Source: an uncultured Methylocystaceae bacterium
GTDB lineage: Bacteria; Pseudomonadota; Alphaproteobacteria; Rhizobiales; Beijerinckiaceae
Assembly (NCBI GenBank): GCA_945956975.1
Contig: CAMFKC010000001.1
Coordinates: 1-40,046 of the forward strand
Direction: 5' to 3'
DNA: 40,046 nucleotides
The position numbers and the translations under genes are program-made. Numbering within the stretch: the first letter of the stretch is position 1; each line of letters starts with the position of its first letter. The notes under the pieces were generated by a model, which did not search any database, had not been told where the DNA came from, and worked only from the letters and a program-made list of their open reading frames with translations. Shown in pieces: positions 37,337 through 40,046 of the stretch.

Positions 37337-38458
37337 ATGACGGACGTCATTAACGGCGCGTCGAAGGACGAGCGCATCAAGCCCGTCTCGCCGCTTCGGC
37401 GCGCGCTGATCCGGCCCGAGCTCGGCGGCATCTGCGGCACCATCCTGGTCTTCCTGCTGTTCGCCATCGTCGCCGGCGACAGCGGCATGTTCGCCGCCGA
37501 AGGCGTGATGAACTGGACCGTGGTCTCGGCACAGTTCATGGTCATCGCGGTCGGCGCCTGCCTCCTGATGATCGCGGGCGAGTTCGACCTTTCCACCGGC
37601 TCGATGATCGGCTTTTCCGGTTTGATGATGGCGATCCTTTCCGTCCATCTCGGCGTGCCGCTGTGGCTTTCCATCATTGCCACCTTCGTCTTCTGCGTCT
37701 TCATCGGCGCGGTGAACGGCTGGCTGGTCATCCGCACGGGGCTGCCGTCCTTTATCGTGACGCTCGCCTTCCTCTACATCCTGCGCGGCCTGACGATCTG
37801 GGGCTCGGTCTACTTCACCCGCCAGACGATCATCGGCGGCGTCGGCGAAAAGGCGGCCGGCGACTGGCTGGCGCCGCTCTTCGGCGGCAAGATCCTGACC
37901 GGCTTCTTCGCCTGGATGGGTGAGGCGGGCTGGATCGCCACCTTCACCCGCGGCAACCGCGCCGGCCAGCCTGTCATCGACGGTGTTCCGATGCTCGTCG
38001 TCTGGGCCATCGTGCTCGTCGTCTTCGGCCACTGGCTGCTGACCCGCACCAAGTTCGGCAACTGGATCTTCGCCTCGGGCGGCGACCCGCTCGCCGCGCG
38101 CTACGTCGGCGTGCCGGTCAACCGGGTGAAGATCCTGATGTTCATGTTCTCGGCCTTCTGCGCCTGCGTCTTCGCCACCTGCCAGGTGATGGAGTTCGGC
38201 TCGGCGGCGGCCGACCGCGGCCTGCTCAAGGAGTTCGAGGCGATCATCTGCGTGGTCATCGGCGGGGCGCTCCTGACGGGCGGCTACGGCTCCGTCATCG
38301 GCGCTGCGCTCGGGGCCATCATCTTCGGCGTGGTGCAGCAGGGCCTGTTCTTCGCCAATGCCGAAAGCTCGCTGTTCCGCGTCTTTCTCGGCGTCATCCT
38401 GCTCACGGCGGTGATCATGAACACCTATATCCGCCGCATCATCACGGGAGAACGCTGA
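37337..38458 (+). CDS. Sugar ABC transporter permease (CUT2, FrcC-like)
   Basis: ATG 37337 lies 9 nt after GGGAGGAG. Multi-TM protein with AGEFDLSTGS and IGGALLTGGYGS motifs. Confidence 0.88.
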   Translation: MTDVINGASKDERIKPVSPLRRALIRPELGGICGTILVFLLFAIVAGDSGMFAAEGVMNWTVVSAQFMVIAVGACLLMIAGEFDLSTGSMIGFSGLMMAILSVHLGVPLWLSIIATFVFCVFIGAVNGWLVIRTGLPSFIVTLAFLYILRGLTIWGSVYFTRQTIIGGVGEKAAGDWLAPLFGGKILTGFFAWMGEAGWIATFTRGNRAGQPVIDGVPMLVVWAIVLVVFGHWLLTRTKFGNWIFASGGDPLAARYVGVPVNRVKILMFMFSAFCACVFATCQVMEFGSAAADRGLLKEFEAIICVVIGGALLTGGYGSVIGAALGAIIFGVVQQGLFFANAESSLFRVFLGVILLTAVIMNTYIRRIITGER

Positions 38459-39234
38459 TGACCGCCATCGTGGAGATGAGGAACATCCAGAAGCACTTCG
38501 GCCATGTCATCGCGCTGGCCGGCGTCTCCTTCGACATCCGGCCGGGCGAATGCCATTGCCTCGTCGGCGACAACGGGGCCGGCAAGTCGACCTTCATGAA
38601 GATCATGTCCGGCGTCTACAAGCCGAGCGACGGCGAAGTGCTGGTGGAGGGTACGCCGACACCCTTCCACAGCCCGCGCGACGCCATGGCCGCGGGTATC
38701 GCCACGGTCTACCAGGACCTCGCGATGATCCCGCTGATGAGCGTCAGCCGTAATTTCTGGATGGGGCGCGAGCCGGAGCGGGGCATCTGGCCGTTCAAGA
38801 CCTTCGATACGTCGAAGGCAGACGAGATCACCGTGACGGAGATGCGCAAGATGGGCATCAACCTGCGCGGGCCGGACCAGGCCGTCGGCACGCTCTCGGG
38901 CGGCGAGCGGCAGACCGTCGCCATCGCGCGGGCGGTCTATTTCGGCGCCAAGGTGCTGATCCTCGACGAGCCGACCTCGGCGCTCGGTGTGCGCCAGACG
39001 GCCAATGTCCTCAGCACCATCGACCGCGTGCGCAAGCAGGGCATCGGCGTCGTCTTCATCACGCACAACGTCCGCCACGCGCTCGCCGTCGGCGACCGCT
39101 TCACCGTGCTCAACCGCGGCCAGACGCTGGGCACGGCCGAGCGCGGCACGGTGGATGCCGCCGCCCTGCAGGACATGATGGCGGGCGGGCAGGAGCTCGC
39201 TTTGCTGGAAAGCTCGCTCGGCGGCACGATCTGA
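38458..39234 (+). CDS. Sugar ABC transporter ATP-binding protein, single NBD (FrcA-like)
   Basis: The ATG overlaps the permease stop by 1 nt. Walker A GDNGAGKST, signature LSGGERQ, Walker B LILDEPT. Paralog of CDS 31952..32746. Confidence 0.9.
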   Translation: MTAIVEMRNIQKHFGHVIALAGVSFDIRPGECHCLVGDNGAGKSTFMKIMSGVYKPSDGEVLVEGTPTPFHSPRDAMAAGIATVYQDLAMIPLMSVSRNFWMGREPERGIWPFKTFDTSKADEITVTEMRKMGINLRGPDQAVGTLSGGERQTVAIARAVYFGAKVLILDEPTSALGVRQTANVLSTIDRVRKQGIGVVFITHNVRHALAVGDRFTVLNRGQTLGTAERGTVDAAALQDMMAGGQELALLESSLGGTI

Positions 39235-39242
39235 AACGAGGA

Positions 39243-39275
39243 AAGGCGTGGCGGACGATTTGCCCGGCACGCCTT
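39243..39275 (+). terminator. Hairpin after the ATPase gene (possible terminator)
   Basis: AAGGCGTG / CACGCCTT arms with a 17-nt loop, beginning 9 nt after the stop. No clear T-tract. Confidence 0.35.
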
Positions 39276-39340
39276 GTCGAATGTTCGGAGGTTGCGGCCT
39301 TACCCCGTTCTCCCACGTCATCCCCGGGCCTGAACCGGAG

Positions 39341-39399
39341 ATCCACGCGGCACCTCCCGGCGTGGATGGCCGGCCCTCAGGTCAAACCGAGGGCCGGCC
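39341..39399. repeat. Two adjacent GC-rich hairpins between convergent genes
   Basis: ATCCACGC-N11-GCGTGGAT (39341-39367) is immediately followed by GGCCGGCCCTC-N10-GAGGGCCGGCC (39368-39399). Confidence 0.5.
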
Positions 39400-39416
39400 G
39401 TGACGGCGGAGGGAGC

Positions 39417-40046
39417 TTAGCGGACCACCTCGTAACCGGCGGCCGCCATGACGCGCAGGAGTTCCTTATGGCCGATCTTCGCCATGTCGAGCGGCGGATT
39501 GTGAGCGGGGTCCTGCTCCGCCTCGACGACGAACCAGCCCTCGTAGCCATGGGAGGCGAGGCGCTTGACGATGGCCTCGAAGTCGAGGCTGCCGTCGCCG
39601 GGGACCGTGAAGGCGCCCTTGATCACCGCGTCGAGGAAGCTTTCCTTCGTGCGGTCGAGGGCCGCGATGACGGGCAGGCGGACGTCCTTGGTGTGGACAT
39701 GGCTGATGCGCTTGTGGTGTTTGTCGATGACGCGCAGCACGTCACCGCCGGCAAAGGCCATGTGGCCGGCGTCGAAGAGCAGCGGCAGGCCCTCGCCGGA
39801 ATGCTTCATCAGGAGATCGAGCTCTTCCTCGGTCTCGATGGGCGCGGCCATGTGGTGATGGTAGGAGATCGGCATGCCCTGATCGGCGCACCATTCGCCG
39901 AAGGCGGTCATCTTGCCGCCATAGGCGCGGATCTCGTCCTCGGAGAGCCGGCGCTTGGTGGAGAGCGGCGCGTTGCGGTCGCCCTGGATGGTGCCGGCCG
40001 TCTCGCCATAGACGATGCAGGGCGCATCGACCGCCTTGAAGAGCGC
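39417..40046 (-). CDS. iolE: Inosose dehydratase-like sugar-phosphate isomerase/epimerase TIM-barrel protein (IolE-like), 5'-partial at window edge
   Basis: The frame stays open to the right window edge. Motifs HHHM, DAGHMAFAGGD, HVHTKD, FTVPGDGSLDF and GWFVVEAEQDP match my recollection of the IolE family. Confidence 0.75.
   Translation of the reverse strand, partial: ALFKAVDAPCIVYGETAGTIQGDRNAPLSTKRRLSEDEIRAYGGKMTAFGEWCADQGMPISYHHHMAAPIETEEELDLLMKHSGEGLPLLFDAGHMAFAGGDVLRVIDKHHKRISHVHTKDVRLPVIAALDRTKESFLDAVIKGAFTVPGDGSLDFEAIVKRLASHGYEGWFVVEAEQDPAHNPPLDMAKIGHKELLRVMAAAGYEVVR

Overview
High-GC, gene-dense window with about 35 CDS. I found no rRNA/tRNA genes, CRISPR arrays, or transposase/integrase genes. 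It reads as a carbohydrate/polyol/inositol-type catabolic island of the kind carried on alphaproteobacterial (Rhizobiaceae-like) chromids or megaplasmids; that taxonomic guess is inference from composition and protein families only. Content: five CUT2-type sugar ABC transporter sets (one cut by the left edge), many oxidoreductases (three SDRs, two IdhA/IolG-like plus one other Gfo/Idh/MocA enzyme, one GMC flavoenzyme, one PhyH-type dioxygenase), an M24 hydrolase, a complete TPP-dependent 2-oxoacid/acetoin-type dehydrogenase complex with an embedded aldehyde dehydrogenase, and an IolE-like gene cut by the right edge. Most interesting: (1) The only regulators in 40 kb are two paralogous ~600-aa proteins that fuse an N-terminal winged-helix DNA-binding domain to a signal-peptide-less family-1 (MalE/UgpB-like) solute-binding domain. 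(2) A 17-bp 7-3-7 palindrome (consensus ATATCCA-yTT-TGGATAT) occurs five times, each copy found lying in a promoter/intergenic region, linking four separate transcription units, both regulator genes included, into an apparent regulon. (3) The dehydrogenase complex has a split E2: one protein carries lipoyl + E3-binding domains and a His-less shortened core (E3BP-like), and a separate protein carries the E3-binding domain and active catalytic core but no lipoyl domain. An aldehyde dehydrogenase gene lies between them. (4) The transporter/SDR/regulator module is duplicated. (5) An A/T-richer ~950-bp spacer holds a repeated 9-mer and a well-signalled 43-codon membrane-peptide ORF. All function calls come from by-eye motif recognition; no database search was possible.
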